Notes: generated from the sequence alone by a model not told the origin. Counted from the first letter of the stretch, positions 20,473 to 30,706 are shown. The stretch is DNA of 64,000 bases from a bacterium (GCA_965216635.1 OZ244188.1:480001-544000); one strand, 5' to 3'. Program-made: numbers and translations.

Positions 20473-20677
20473 AGAATTTACAGGAAAAGTTTTAGAATCT
20501 TTACCTAATGCGTTATTTAAAGTGCAACTGAACGAAGTGGATCAAGTTGTACTTGCCCATATATCTGGCAAAATGCGAATTAATTATATTAGAATTTTAC
20601 CCGGTGATAAAGTCAAGGTAGAAGTTTCTCCTTATGACTTAACAAAGGGAAGAATTACTTTTAGAGATAAAAAATGA
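20456..20677 (+). CDS. infA: Translation initiation factor IF-1
   Basis: [22 protein letters not shown]. Confidence 0.98.
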   Translation: MTKESKEFTGKVLESLPNALFKVQLNEVDQVVLAHISGKMRINYIRILPGDKVKVEVSPYDLTKGRITFRDKK

Positions 20678-20787
20678 AAGTAGGAGCATCAGCAAAAAAA
20701 ATTTGTAAGGATTGCAAAATCATTAAAAGAAAAAGAATCGTAAGGGTGATTTGTAAGAATCCGAAACACAAACAAAGACAAGGATAG
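20674..20787 (+). CDS. rpmJ: 50S ribosomal protein L36 (not in the ORF track)
   Basis: Translated by hand: [37 protein letters not shown]. Confidence 0.97.
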   Translation: MKVGASAKKICKDCKIIKRKRIVRVICKNPKHKQRQG

Positions 20788-20790
20788 TTT

Positions 20791-21135
20791 ATGGCTAGAA
20801 TAGAAGGAACCCAACTACCAAATAGTAAGAGAATTATTATTGCCCTAACTAGAATTTATGGAATAGGAAAATCTCTTTCAAAAAAAATACTTCTGAAAAC
20901 GGGTATTGATGAAAATACTAAGGTTAAAGATTTAGGAGATCAGGACCTTGCAAAAATCAGACAGGAGTTACGGAATTATCTTATTGAAGGAGATTTAAGA
21001 ACAAAAGTTAGTCTTGATATTAAACGCATTATAGACTTAGGTTGTTATCGCGGTATTAGACATAGACGCAGACTACCTTCAAGAGGACAAAGGACTAAGA
21101 CGAATGCTCGGACTTGTAAGGGTCGTAAAAAATAA
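20791..21135 (+). CDS. rpsM: 30S ribosomal protein S13
   Basis: [25 protein letters not shown]. Confidence 0.98.
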   Translation: MARIEGTQLPNSKRIIIALTRIYGIGKSLSKKILLKTGIDENTKVKDLGDQDLAKIRQELRNYLIEGDLRTKVSLDIKRIIDLGCYRGIRHRRRLPSRGQRTKTNARTCKGRKK

Positions 21136-21487
21136 TAAGATCATTGCATTTGCCTAGCCTAACTTGTTGCTTTAAACTATTTGTGGGCTATTTCGCTCTG
21201 GCTGTTTCGCACTGGCTGTTTCACACTTAACATTTGATGGTGTTTAAGTTTTATAATATTTGCAAGAACGGCATTGAAAAGTTTTTTTAACTCTTGAAAT
21301 ACTCTTATTGCTGAACGCAAAATAAGGGTTATAGTAAAAGAGCCACTGGCTCTTTTACATTTCTTTTTTTGGATTATATAAGTTTTGTAGTGCCTGCTCC
21401 CATTATTGTGGCACTATGATATTCCTGTTAGCTAAAAAATTTTTCCGCCTTGCCTAGCCGTCACATAGCGCCAATGCAATGGTCTTA
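21136..21487 (+). mobile_element. Long palindromic element carrying two cassettes, between rpsM and rpsK
   Basis: TAAGATCATTGCATT...AATGCAATGGTCTTA ends; hairpin at 21334-21358; nested CCTGCTCCCATTATTGTGG module. Confidence 0.85.
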
Positions 21488-21492
21488 TAATA

Positions 21493-21548
21493 TGAAAATT
21501 TTGAATTAGACATCACGCTACGTCTACGCCTGATTCAAAAATTTTCAA
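21493..21548. repeat. Miniature palindromic element
   Basis: TGAAAATTTTGAATTAG...CTGATTCAAAATTTTCA. Confidence 0.7.
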
Positions 21549-21585
21549 TAATTTTAATAAAATAATAATTTTTAATTAGTTGATT

Positions 21586-21966
21586 ATGGCAGAAAAAAAA
21601 TCTACATCAAAAAAAAAAGAAGTTTCTCACGCTAGAGTTCATATTTATACTTCCTTTAATAACACTATGCTAACATTGAGTGATTTAAATGGTAATGTTC
21701 TTTGTTGGTCTAGTGCGGGTTTGCACGGGTTTAAAGGTTCTAGGAAGAGCACTCCTTATGCTGCTCAGATTACAGGGGAAGATCTTATAAAAAAAGCGAG
21801 TCATTTTGGTGTAAGAACTCTAGATATACATGTAAGAGGACCTGGAGGTGGGAGAGAAAATGCTCTGCGTGTGATGGCTAATAGTGGTTTGAGGGTTAAT
21901 TATATTAAGGATATTACAGCTATCCCTCATAATGGTTGTAAGCCGCCAAAGCGAAGAAGAATTTAA
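21586..21966 (+). CDS. rpsK: 30S ribosomal protein S11
   Basis: SFNNT, GFKGSRKSTPYAAQ, PHNGC. Confidence 0.99.
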   Translation: MAEKKSTSKKKEVSHARVHIYTSFNNTMLTLSDLNGNVLCWSSAGLHGFKGSRKSTPYAAQITGEDLIKKASHFGVRTLDIHVRGPGGGRENALRVMANSGLRVNYIKDITAIPHNGCKPPKRRRI

Positions 21967-22050
21967 AAAGACTGTTTTTGATTCACTAAAATTTGTAGTG
22001 AAAAAAATTAATCACAAAGTTACAAAACTATCTATCTAAAAAAAAATAAT

Positions 22051-23115
22051 ATGGATGCAGAAAATAAAGCAGAACAGGAAGTAACGGATAAAAATCTACA
22101 CGATGCCCTGTTGTTTAGTCAAAATTGGGAAACTATAGAAAAACCAAACTCTGTAGTTGTTGATACTACTTCCAATGGTTCTTATGGTAAATTTATACTA
22201 GAGCCTTTGCATAAAGGTTTCGGGGTAACTATTGGACACTCCTTAAGACGAGTTCTACTTTCTTCCTTAGTTAGTACAGCAGTTTATGCAGTTAAAATTG
22301 AAGGAGTATCCCACGAGTATGAGAGTATGCGAGGAGTTAGAGAAGATGTTTTACAAATTATTCTAAATATCAAAGAAGTAGTTTTTAAAGCAAATGTAAG
22401 CGAAGATATTATTCTCAAACTAGAAGCAAAGGGATCTCAGCAAGTAACAGCAAAACAAATTCAGACTCAAGGGCTTGTGAGTATTATTAATGAAGATAAA
22501 GTGCTTTGCTCTTTAGAGCAAGATGCAGAAATTGAGATGACTTTGTATTTAAAAATGAATAGAGGTTTAGTTTCTTCGGAAGAAAATTTTATGGAAGATA
22601 TGCCAATAGGAACAATTTTTTTAGATTCTAATCATTCCCCTATTCAAAAAATTTCTTATGAAGTCCAAGATACTCTAGTAGGTAAAAAAACCGATCACGA
22701 CAGACTTATTTTTGAGCTATGGACAAATGGAGGCATAGAACCAGTCAATGCAATTAGTTATGCTTCAAAAATACTTACAGATTGTTACAAAATTTTCATT
22801 AACTTTGATGAAAAAAGTATCGTCACAGAAAAGCCAAAGCAATTAGTGACAGTGCAGACAGAAAATGATCATCTCAAAAGAAGTATCAATGAACTGGAAC
22901 TTTCTGTTCGTGCTGTGCATTGTCTGGAAGCGATTGGTATTAAAACTATTAAGGATTTGGCGCAAAAAACTGAACCTGAAATGTTAAAGCTTCAGAATTT
23001 TGGTAAAAAATCTTTGGATGAAATAAAAAAAATTTTAGCTAGTATGGGTTTAAATTTTGGAATCAGGTTTGATAATGAATCAAAAGAAATAGATGATATA
23101 ACAGAAGAAAAATAA
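22051..23115 (+). CDS. rpoA: RNA polymerase alpha subunit
   Basis: EPL.KGFG.TIGHSLRRVLLSS, LELSVR, NFGKKSL.EI. Confidence 0.98.
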   Translation: MDAENKAEQEVTDKNLHDALLFSQNWETIEKPNSVVVDTTSNGSYGKFILEPLHKGFGVTIGHSLRRVLLSSLVSTAVYAVKIEGVSHEYESMRGVREDVLQIILNIKEVVFKANVSEDIILKLEAKGSQQVTAKQIQTQGLVSIINEDKVLCSLEQDAEIEMTLYLKMNRGLVSSEENFMEDMPIGTIFLDSNHSPIQKISYEVQDTLVGKKTDHDRLIFELWTNGGIEPVNAISYASKILTDCYKIFINFDEKSIVTEKPKQLVTVQTENDHLKRSINELELSVRAVHCLEAIGIKTIKDLAQKTEPEMLKLQNFGKKSLDEIKKILASMGLNFGIRFDNESKEIDDITEEK

Positions 23116-23663
23116 TGCGGCATTTAAAAAATAGAAACAAACTAGGTGTTAAAACTTCCCATAGGATGGCTATGGTTCGCAATTTAGTCACCCAACTGTT
23201 ACAACACAAACAGATTGTGACTACCTTGACTCGGGCAAAAAACATTCGCACCCCCTTAGATAAGATGATTGTTTTAGCGAAAAAAAACAATTTAGCTTCG
23301 CAAAGGAGAATATTTTCTTTTGTTAAAAATAAAGCAGCAGTGAAAATGTTGCAAGAGCAGTACGCAGAAATCTATAAAAACAGACAGAGCGGATTTACTC
23401 AAATCTATAAATTAAAAAATAGAATGGGAGATAACACTCCTATGGCACTGATTCGTATGGTAGATATAGAACTGTTGAAACAAAATGAAGAAAAAAAAGT
23501 CGTTGATACTTCCACTACCTTAAAAGAAGTCAAAAAAGATATAGAACAAAAAACACCAAGTACGACTTCAGCACAGCCTCCAAAAACAACGGAAGGCGAA
23601 ACAGATGAAAAACTAGAAACCAAAACATTTCATACAACCGAAAAAAAATCCCCCGCAATCTAA
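23115..23663 (+). CDS. rplQ: 50S ribosomal protein L17 with low-complexity C-terminal extension
   Basis: MRH, HR.AM.RN, TTLTRAK, R.GD.TPM. Confidence 0.97.
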   Translation: MRHLKNRNKLGVKTSHRMAMVRNLVTQLLQHKQIVTTLTRAKNIRTPLDKMIVLAKKNNLASQRRIFSFVKNKAAVKMLQEQYAEIYKNRQSGFTQIYKLKNRMGDNTPMALIRMVDIELLKQNEEKKVVDTSTTLKEVKKDIEQKTPSTTSAQPPKTTEGETDEKLETKTFHTTEKKSPAI

Positions 23664-23690
23664 TAAGGTTTAGCTATAGAGGTAAAAATA

Positions 23691-24227
23691 TTGGAAAAAA
23701 TCACAATGTCTGATATAGAAGCCATTATAGAAGCGTTGCTTTTTAGCACAGATGAGCCTTTATCTATCGCAGATTTTAAAAAAATCACTCAAAATTCCAG
23801 TCAAATAATCCAGCAGGCTATAAAAAAATTGAGCACTGTTTATGAAAAAAATGAACATTCCTTTGAAATTGTTTTAGTAGCAGGAGGTTATTTGTTACGT
23901 ACTAAAAAGGAATTTTCTACTTGGATCAAAAAAAATCAAAAAATCAAAAAACAAGTTCTAAGGAAATCAACATTAGAAACTCTTTCTTTAATTGCTTATA
24001 AGCAACCTATTTCTAAACAAGACATCAATCAAATCAGACAATTAGATAGTAGTGGCACTATTCGCAATCTACTAGAAAAAGGATTAATTAAAATAGCAGG
24101 AAGAAGTTCTGCTTTAGGTAAGCCTCTACTTTATGGTACTTCCAATAAATTTTTAGAAATGCTGGGTTTTAAAAAACTCAGTGATTTACCACAGCTAGAT
24201 GAAAGCGATTATCCAGATAATTTTTAA
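23691..24227 (+). CDS. scpB: SMC-Scp complex subunit ScpB
   Basis: IEALLF, LETLSLIAYKQP, GKPLLYGT..FL..GF..L..LP. Confidence 0.95.
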   Translation: MEKITMSDIEAIIEALLFSTDEPLSIADFKKITQNSSQIIQQAIKKLSTVYEKNEHSFEIVLVAGGYLLRTKKEFSTWIKKNQKIKKQVLRKSTLETLSLIAYKQPISKQDINQIRQLDSSGTIRNLLEKGLIKIAGRSSALGKPLLYGTSNKFLEMLGFKKLSDLPQLDESDYPDNF

Positions 24228-24232
24228 AACAG

Positions 24233-25312
24233 GTGAATAAAATCAAGCCTCTCCTTTTAATAAAAACAGGAACCAGACTGCTAACGAAAAACAATCAAAA
24301 ATTAGATTACAAATCTATCCAAAATATTATTAATCAAATTGCCAAACTGCACAAAGAATTTTCTATTATTTTGGTGAGTTCTGGCGCTGTAGGAGCAGGC
24401 AGAGAGATTATTTTACTAGATATTAAAGATCCTATAACCCAAAAACAAGTATTGGCTAGCTTGGGACAAGTTAGGCTATTACAGATTTATTTTGATTTTT
24501 TTCAAAAGAAAAAAATTCTTATCGCACAAGCTCTAATCACTAAGGAAGATTTTCAAAAAAAAGAATCCTATTTCAATATGAAAAAAGTTTTTTACCAACT
24601 TTTGGAAAAAAATATTATTCCTATCATCAATGAGAACGATGTCACCAGTAGTTTTGAAAACACTTTTGGAGATAACGACCAGCTAGCTGCTTTAACGGCT
24701 GCTTTGATGCAAGCGGAAAAAATGGTTTTACTCAGTGATATAGATGGACTTTTCACCGATGATCCTAAGAAAAGCAATCAAGCAAAAGCAATTAGAGAAA
24801 TTGAAAATATAGATGAAACAATTCTACAATACGCTAAAAAAAGTTTATCTGATGGAGGAACAGGAGGTATGTATAGTAAATTGCTAGCAGCAAAAATCAC
24901 CACAGACCATGGCATTGCAACTGTGCTTTGTAACGGAAAAAATAAAGATGCTTTACTCAAAGCAGTTTATTCTGAAAAAGACTATGGGACTTTATTTTTA
25001 CCTAAGAAAAAAAAAAAATTATCTTTTTATGGAAAATGGATAAAAACAGTAGCCCAGATTGAAGGGAAGATATTTATAGATTCTGGGGCAGTCAGTGCTT
25101 TAAAACAAGGAAAAAGTCTACTTGCAGTGGGTATTACTTCTGCAGAAGGAAATTTCAAAAAACGCGGTATTGTACTTATTTTATCTGATACTGGTCTTCG
25201 CGTAGCGCTAGGGGTGAGTAGAGAAGATGGAGCAAAACTCAAAGAGATACTTGTTTCTAATAAAAAAAAAGGGATAACTATTGTTCATCGTGATTATCTC
25301 TATCTTTTATGA
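24233..25312 (+). CDS. proB: Glutamate 5-kinase (with PUA domain)
   Basis: VSSGAV, PIINEND, FGDNDQL, GTGGM..K. Confidence 0.96.
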   Translation: MNKIKPLLLIKTGTRLLTKNNQKLDYKSIQNIINQIAKLHKEFSIILVSSGAVGAGREIILLDIKDPITQKQVLASLGQVRLLQIYFDFFQKKKILIAQALITKEDFQKKESYFNMKKVFYQLLEKNIIPIINENDVTSSFENTFGDNDQLAALTAALMQAEKMVLLSDIDGLFTDDPKKSNQAKAIREIENIDETILQYAKKSLSDGGTGGMYSKLLAAKITTDHGIATVLCNGKNKDALLKAVYSEKDYGTLFLPKKKKKLSFYGKWIKTVAQIEGKIFIDSGAVSALKQGKSLLAVGITSAEGNFKKRGIVLILSDTGLRVALGVSREDGAKLKEILVSNKKKGITIVHRDYLYLL

Positions 25313-25955
25313 TTTTCTTTAGAGCTTTTTGAAACCACTTAGCTTTTTGCTCTTCAAATTTCCATTGAATAATTTGAATAACCTGATTTGCTGTTTTTTG
25401 TGGATCGTGATTATTTAGTATGTAAAAAATCCTTTCATTATCTTGTCTTTTTAACCATAAATAATTTTCCATTACTTGCTTTCTAAAATCAGCATTTTTT
25501 TTATCAAAGTGATTTTTGTTTTTACGTTTCTGTATTCTTTTTCGAATAGTTTCTTCAGAAGCACTGATAAGGAAAGTTAAATTTGGTTTCAGGAAAAATT
25601 TGGAATAAAAATCAAAAAAATATTCTCTTTCTTGTTTGTTTGAACTTTGATAGGCAATAGTGGAATCTTGATACCTATCACAAAGCACAACAGTTTTATT
25701 TTGCAGTGCTGGTATTATTTTTTCCTCTAGGTGTTGAGCTCTATTTGCCATAAATAAAAAAGCCTGTGCTAGAAGAGATATTTCGGGTTTATCAAAAATC
25801 AATTTACGAATCGGTTGACCAATAGAGCTAGAACCTGGTTCAAATAGGCATAGTAGTTTCATTTCTTTTTTTCGTAACCAATCTCCAACAACCTGCATTA
25901 TAAAGGTTTTTCCTACTCCGTCTATTCCTTCAAAAGTTATAAACATACCACTCAT
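25278..25955 (-). CDS. tmk: Thymidylate kinase
   Basis: FITFEGIDGVGKT and LCDRY.DST.AYQ. Confidence 0.96.
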   Translation of the reverse strand: MSGMFITFEGIDGVGKTFIMQVVGDWLRKKEMKLLCLFEPGSSSIGQPIRKLIFDKPEISLLAQAFLFMANRAQHLEEKIIPALQNKTVVLCDRYQDSTIAYQSSNKQEREYFFDFYSKFFLKPNLTFLISASEETIRKRIQKRKNKNHFDKKNADFRKQVMENYLWLKRQDNERIFYILNNHDPQKTANQVIQIIQWKFEEQKAKWFQKALKKIIKDRDNHDEQ

Positions 25956-26917
25956 AATCCAGACCTTACTAAATCTTGCAGACTTAACATTCCTATTGGT
26001 TTATTTCCATCTACAATAGGCATCGTATTGAAAGATTTTTTATTTTGTTTCATAAAAAGCAAGGCGTCGTAAGCATTACTTTTAGCGGGAAAAGTAATAG
26101 GGTTTTTATTCATAATCTGTTTTGCTGTGATCTGGGAAAAATCCCTTTTGTTTTGGAATAAGCCTCTTATATCGTAACCCGTAATCAATCCTACCAATTC
26201 TTTTTTATCATTGGTTACAGAGACTGCATTAGATTTACCCTTTGTAATGGCAATGATTACCTTTGTAAAGGTTTCATTTATATGGACTGTAGGATTTTCT
26301 ATTCCTTTTTTCATTACATCTTCTACTTGTAATAGCAATTTTTTACCTAAACTTCCAGCAGGGTGGAATTTAGCAAAGTGCTCCTTTGTAAAACCTTTTA
26401 AATCCATTAAAGCCATAGCCAAAGCATCTCCTATGACCAAAGCTAAGGTGGTGGAGGAGGTGGGAGCTAAGTTAATTGAACAAGCTTCTTTTTTCACCGG
26501 TAAGTATAGTAGATAATCCACTTGTTTAGCAAGAGTAGAATTTTTCTGAGAGCAAATAGCAATCAAAGGAATTTTTATTTTCTTTAGGCTAAGAGTAAGA
26601 TTAGCTATCTCTTCGCTCTCTCCAGATTTACTGATAAAAATAACAATATCTTCTGAGCTTACTATTCCTAAATCTCCGTGACAAGCCTCTGCAGGATGCA
26701 AAAAGCAAGAAGGAGTTCCAGTAGAAGACATAGTTGATGCGATTTTTTGAGCAATATGTCCAGATTTACCCATACCTACCCAAATCACCTTACCTTTATT
26801 TTTATGGAGTAGTTGGACTACCTTTGTATAATTATCATCTATACTAGGAGGTAGTTCTTTTAAACAATCCAATTCTACAGAAATAACCCGATGAATCTCT
26901 AGCTGAATTTTATCCAT
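25952..26917 (-). CDS. kdsD: Arabinose-5-phosphate isomerase (KpsF/GutQ family, SIS plus CBS domains)
   Basis: GMGKSGHIAQKIAST, HPAEA.HGDLG, APTSST, FHPAGSLG. Confidence 0.93.
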   Translation of the reverse strand: MDKIQLEIHRVISVELDCLKELPPSIDDNYTKVVQLLHKNKGKVIWVGMGKSGHIAQKIASTMSSTGTPSCFLHPAEACHGDLGIVSSEDIVIFISKSGESEEIANLTLSLKKIKIPLIAICSQKNSTLAKQVDYLLYLPVKKEACSINLAPTSSTTLALVIGDALAMALMDLKGFTKEHFAKFHPAGSLGKKLLLQVEDVMKKGIENPTVHINETFTKVIIAITKGKSNAVSVTNDKKELVGLITGYDIRGLFQNKRDFSQITAKQIMNKNPITFPAKSNAYDALLFMKQNKKSFNTMPIVDGNKPIGMLSLQDLVRSGL

Positions 26918-26980
26918 TGTTTTTTTTATCTATATTGTATATACTAGCCTTTATTGAAACTTTTTACCATAAAAAAGAAA

Positions 26981-27862
26981 ATGAAATTTATTAATCAGGA
27001 CGATTTTCATTTAGAATCTTATAAAATTAGTCCAGAAGAATTCTATCAAAAGAAAATAGATCCTTCCAGACCCATTGTTTTGGATATTCGTCCACTAGAT
27101 GTCTCTTCTCAAATGAGCATAGAAGGTTCTTACAGTCTGCCTGCAGAAATGTTTAATGAAAGACTCATTCAGTTACCTCCTTTCGGCATTATTATCCTTT
27201 ATTCTGATAAAGCCAATAGTGATATTAAAGATAATATGTATCTATTGTGGGAAAATGGATTTAGCGAGATTTTTTATGTAGATGGTGGTTTTGAAGGCAT
27301 CCTAGCGGCTCTTTTTGAACTGAGTGTTAGTGCGAAAAAAAATATGGCTACTTATATTAAAAAAGTATCTCCTAAACAAAAGGCTATGCAGGTTGTAGTC
27401 AAAGGTAGAGATTATACTCTTGTTGCTTTAGAAGAAAAACCTTCTTCCGATTTATTTCCATTAGAATTTGAAGGATTTAAGTTATACATCAACCCAGATT
27501 CTCAAAGATTACTCTTAGGTAGTAAAATAGATTTTGTGGATAATAGGCTACAAATAGATCATTTAAGAATGCACGAACCTAAACTTCAAGGTAGTATTAA
27601 AGAGCAAGTACAAAAAATATTAGATCAACAAATCAATCCGATGGTGGACGCTCACGGTGGAGTAATTCATTTAATTGATGTTGTAGAAGATACAGTTTAC
27701 ATAGAAATGGGGGGAGGGTGTCAAGGCTGCGGTATGTCTACTGTTACTTTGAAAAAAGGAGTAGAACATGCGATTAAAGATAATATCCCAGAGATCAATA
27801 CGATTTTAGATACAACAGACCATGCGGCAGGTAATAACCCTTATTATAAACCGCAAGAATGA
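26981..27862 (+). CDS. Rhodanese-like domain fused to an NfuA-like (NifU C-terminal) Fe-S carrier
   Basis: N-terminal VLDIR...IEGS...VDGG; C-terminal INP.V..HGG...GGCQGC...DTTDH.AG.NPYY. Confidence 0.85.
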   Translation: MKFINQDDFHLESYKISPEEFYQKKIDPSRPIVLDIRPLDVSSQMSIEGSYSLPAEMFNERLIQLPPFGIIILYSDKANSDIKDNMYLLWENGFSEIFYVDGGFEGILAALFELSVSAKKNMATYIKKVSPKQKAMQVVVKGRDYTLVALEEKPSSDLFPLEFEGFKLYINPDSQRLLLGSKIDFVDNRLQIDHLRMHEPKLQGSIKEQVQKILDQQINPMVDAHGGVIHLIDVVEDTVYIEMGGGCQGCGMSTVTLKKGVEHAIKDNIPEINTILDTTDHAAGNNPYYKPQE

Positions 27863-27888
27863 GACTGTTGCCAAACTAAAATCTCAGT

Positions 27889-28359
27889 ATGATGCAACTA
27901 AAAACTTTTAAGCTAATTGGCTTTTTTTTTCTTTTCACCCATATTTTTCTGGATTTAACTTTACTGGCTTTACCCAAAGAAAAAAGGCTAGTTCTTTTTG
28001 AAAATGGTGCTAGTTTTCAAGCGAGAGTAGCCATTACGCCACAAGAGCAAAGGATTGGTTTGGGATTTTTACCTGAAGATACGAAAATAGCTCTACTTTT
28101 TTGGTATAATGATGCTAGAGAAAGAATTTTTTGGATGAAAAATATGCAGTTTCCTATAGATATTATTTGGATTTATAAAAATAAAGTTGTTTTAGTTGAA
28201 AAAAATATTTTTCCTCCTAGTCTACTTGTAGAAGACGAGAAAATACCAAAATACGGTTATGGGATTTTAGCAGATAAAGTCCTAGAAATTTCTGCAGGAG
28301 AAGCAAGAAAGAAAAAAATTGATAAGGGATTAAAGGTGCAATTTAAACGAATACAATGA
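27889..28359 (+). CDS. DUF192 family protein
   Basis: FWMKNM.FPIDIIW and VLEI.AG. Confidence 0.88.
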   Translation: MMQLKTFKLIGFFFLFTHIFLDLTLLALPKEKRLVLFENGASFQARVAITPQEQRIGLGFLPEDTKIALLFWYNDARERIFWMKNMQFPIDIIWIYKNKVVLVEKNIFPPSLLVEDEKIPKYGYGILADKVLEISAGEARKKKIDKGLKVQFKRIQ

Positions 28360-29015
28360 AAATTTTAGGAATAGATGAAGCAGGCAGAGGTTCTGTTTTA
28401 GGCAATATGTTTTTATGTGGATTTATTTGCTCGGATAAAAATTTGCCTCTACTGAAAAAAATGGGAGTTAAAGATTCTAAATCTTTTGGTTCTACAGATA
28501 AATCGCGACAAAAAAGAGTCCTACTTGCTAAAACACTCAAAGAAAATTTTAGTTATCAAATAGAAGAAGTATCAGCAGCTAAAATTGATATCTTTGTAAG
28601 TAAAAAAAAGCTAAACCAGTTAGAAAGAGAAGTAGCCTGCACAATCATAGATTCTAATCAGTGTGATAGAATTTTACTAGATGGCTTAAATATTTTCAAA
28701 CCACTCACGAAAAAATATCCTCATGCCTTAGCACTCAATCATGGAGACAAAAAAAAACTCACTATAGCTGCTGCTTCTATTTTAGCTAAGGACGCTAGAG
28801 ATTCCTCTATACAAACGCTTTATCAACCTTTTGAATCGCTCTATGGGAATATTTTAGGAGGAGGTTATGCCAATCAAGCCAGTTTAGATTTTGTTGTTTG
28901 GCATAAAAAAAATTATGGCACTTTGCCTAGTTTTTATCGCAAAGAGTACTCTTGGAAAGAGTTAGATAAATTTTTACTGGGCCAAGTTATTGGAACAAAA
29001 AGTGCTATAATATAA
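28356..29015 (+). CDS. rnhB: Ribonuclease HII
   Basis: GIDEAGRG, GVKDSK, IAAASILAK. Confidence 0.93.
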   Translation: MKILGIDEAGRGSVLGNMFLCGFICSDKNLPLLKKMGVKDSKSFGSTDKSRQKRVLLAKTLKENFSYQIEEVSAAKIDIFVSKKKLNQLEREVACTIIDSNQCDRILLDGLNIFKPLTKKYPHALALNHGDKKKLTIAAASILAKDARDSSIQTLYQPFESLYGNILGGGYANQASLDFVVWHKKNYGTLPSFYRKEYSWKELDKFLLGQVIGTKSAII

Positions 29016-29018
29016 AGA

Positions 29019-29160
29019 AAGATTGTTGAATTAAGCATTCTAGTTCGGCTATAATGTGTTGCTCAAATTTTTTATTCCTTAAAATACTTCAATATTTCTA
29101 GCAATAAAAAATTTTCGCGACTTATCTGGCTTTCCTATAATGCTAAAGTTCAACAATCTT
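29019..29160 (+). mobile_element. Palindromic element with variant but self-complementary ends
   Basis: AAGATTGTTGAA...TTCAACAATCTT (12-bp perfect inverted repeat). Confidence 0.82.
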
Positions 29161-29191
29161 AAAGAGTAGTATTTGGAAGAAATTTTGAAAA

Positions 29192-30106
29192 ATGAAAAGA
29201 GAACTCTGGGCTTTTGGAGGAGGAAAAGGGGGTGTAGGTAAAAGTATTGTTAGTGCTAACGTGGCTCTTTCACTCGCTCAAAAAAATTCTACTGTAGTAG
29301 TAGTTGATGCAGATTTAGGAGCTGCTAATATGCACACTTGTCTTGGAATGGAAACTCCTGCCCTAAGTATTATAGATTTTTTATCAGAAAAGGTTCCTTC
29401 TTTGAATGATTGTATTACACCCACCCCTTACTCCAATCTTTATTTGGTTAGTGGAGCACAAGATTCTTTAGATATGGCTAATCCAAGCTACAGTCAAATT
29501 ACAAAATTACTTCAAGGTATCCATCAACTAGAAGCAGATTATATTATTTTAGATTTAGGTGGTGGCACAAATCATCAAATTATTGATATGTTCAATCAAG
29601 CAGATAGAGGAGTTTTGGTTGCCCTACCCGAACCTACTTCTATTGAAAATACCTACCGCTTTATTAAACACGCTATTTATAGAAAATTTAAAAAAGTTAT
29701 AGAACATCCAGGTGTCCGTTCCTATTTGCAAACCATTACTTTAAACAAAGAATCTTCTCAGCAAATAAGTCCGGCACAACTCGTCCAAAAAATAGCACTT
29801 ATAAATTCAGAAGCTGGAGCGGTTTTAGATAGAGAAATTAATTCTTTGCAACTGATACTAGTATTGAATCAAGTAATTAGCAATAGAGATATCCGTTTAG
29901 GATTTATTATGAAAGATTCTTGTCAAAAATATTTTGGAGTAACTATCCGTTATGCCGGTGCTATTGATAGTGATAAAGCAGTGTTGCTTTCTTCTAGGGA
30001 AAGAAAGCCCATCCTGCTTTACAACCCTTTTGCTTCTTCTTCTCGTGGAATTCGCCAAATTACTGATAATATTCTCAATGGAGAACAGTTATTATCCCAA
30101 ATTTAA
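29192..30106 (+). CDS. MinD/FlhG/ParA-family ATPase
   Basis: GGKGGVGKS, DADLGAAN, DLG.G, PEPTSIEN. Confidence 0.9.
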   Translation: MKRELWAFGGGKGGVGKSIVSANVALSLAQKNSTVVVVDADLGAANMHTCLGMETPALSIIDFLSEKVPSLNDCITPTPYSNLYLVSGAQDSLDMANPSYSQITKLLQGIHQLEADYIILDLGGGTNHQIIDMFNQADRGVLVALPEPTSIENTYRFIKHAIYRKFKKVIEHPGVRSYLQTITLNKESSQQISPAQLVQKIALINSEAGAVLDREINSLQLILVLNQVISNRDIRLGFIMKDSCQKYFGVTIRYAGAIDSDKAVLLSSRERKPILLYNPFASSSRGIRQITDNILNGEQLLSQI

Positions 30107-30150
30107 GTGAATCCTATTGCAATTATTGACAAGTCTGCTATAAGTTTACT

Positions 30151-30660
30151 TGAGACCTTTGAACTAGCGTTCTGTTTAGCCTATGAAGATGCTCAAGTTT
30201 TTTATTTCTCAAAATACTACAGTAGACTTTTGAATTTGCCAAATAGGACAAAACTAGCTGTTTAGCCAAAACAAGCTTATCGCTTGAAACTATTTATGGG
30301 CTATAGAAAAAGTGCCTTTTGGCACTTTTTCATTTCTTTTTTGGAGTATGCAAGGTTTGTAGTGTTTTTTGCTACGGCATTAAAAAAAATTTTTAACTCT
30401 TGAAATACTTACACATTCCAGCGAGCTAAAATTTTTTTTTGCACTTGTTCTAACCATTTGGCTAGCCGTCACAGCAGCGAAATTCAAAGGTCTATATAAG
30501 AATAAAAAACAGATCTAGCCTTCGTAGTGCAAAACATATTAAACTGTGCGGACAGCACAATTAGACTTGTGAAACCTCCACTGGAGGTTTCACTATAGCC
30601 TGTCTATGACTACACAGCAAAAAGAAGTACTGCCGACACATAACACTAATTCAAAAATCT
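30151..30660 (+). mobile_element. Nested palindromic elements: inner copy 30223-30494 inserted in the loop of outer copy 30151-30660
   Basis: Outer TGAGACCTTTGAA...TTCAAAAATCT; inner TAGACTTTTGAATTT...AATTCAAAGGTCTA. Confidence 0.85.
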
Positions 30661-30706
30661 TTATTTATTTCCAAACTTTTCTTGCTGTCTTGAATGAAAT
30701 AGTAAA

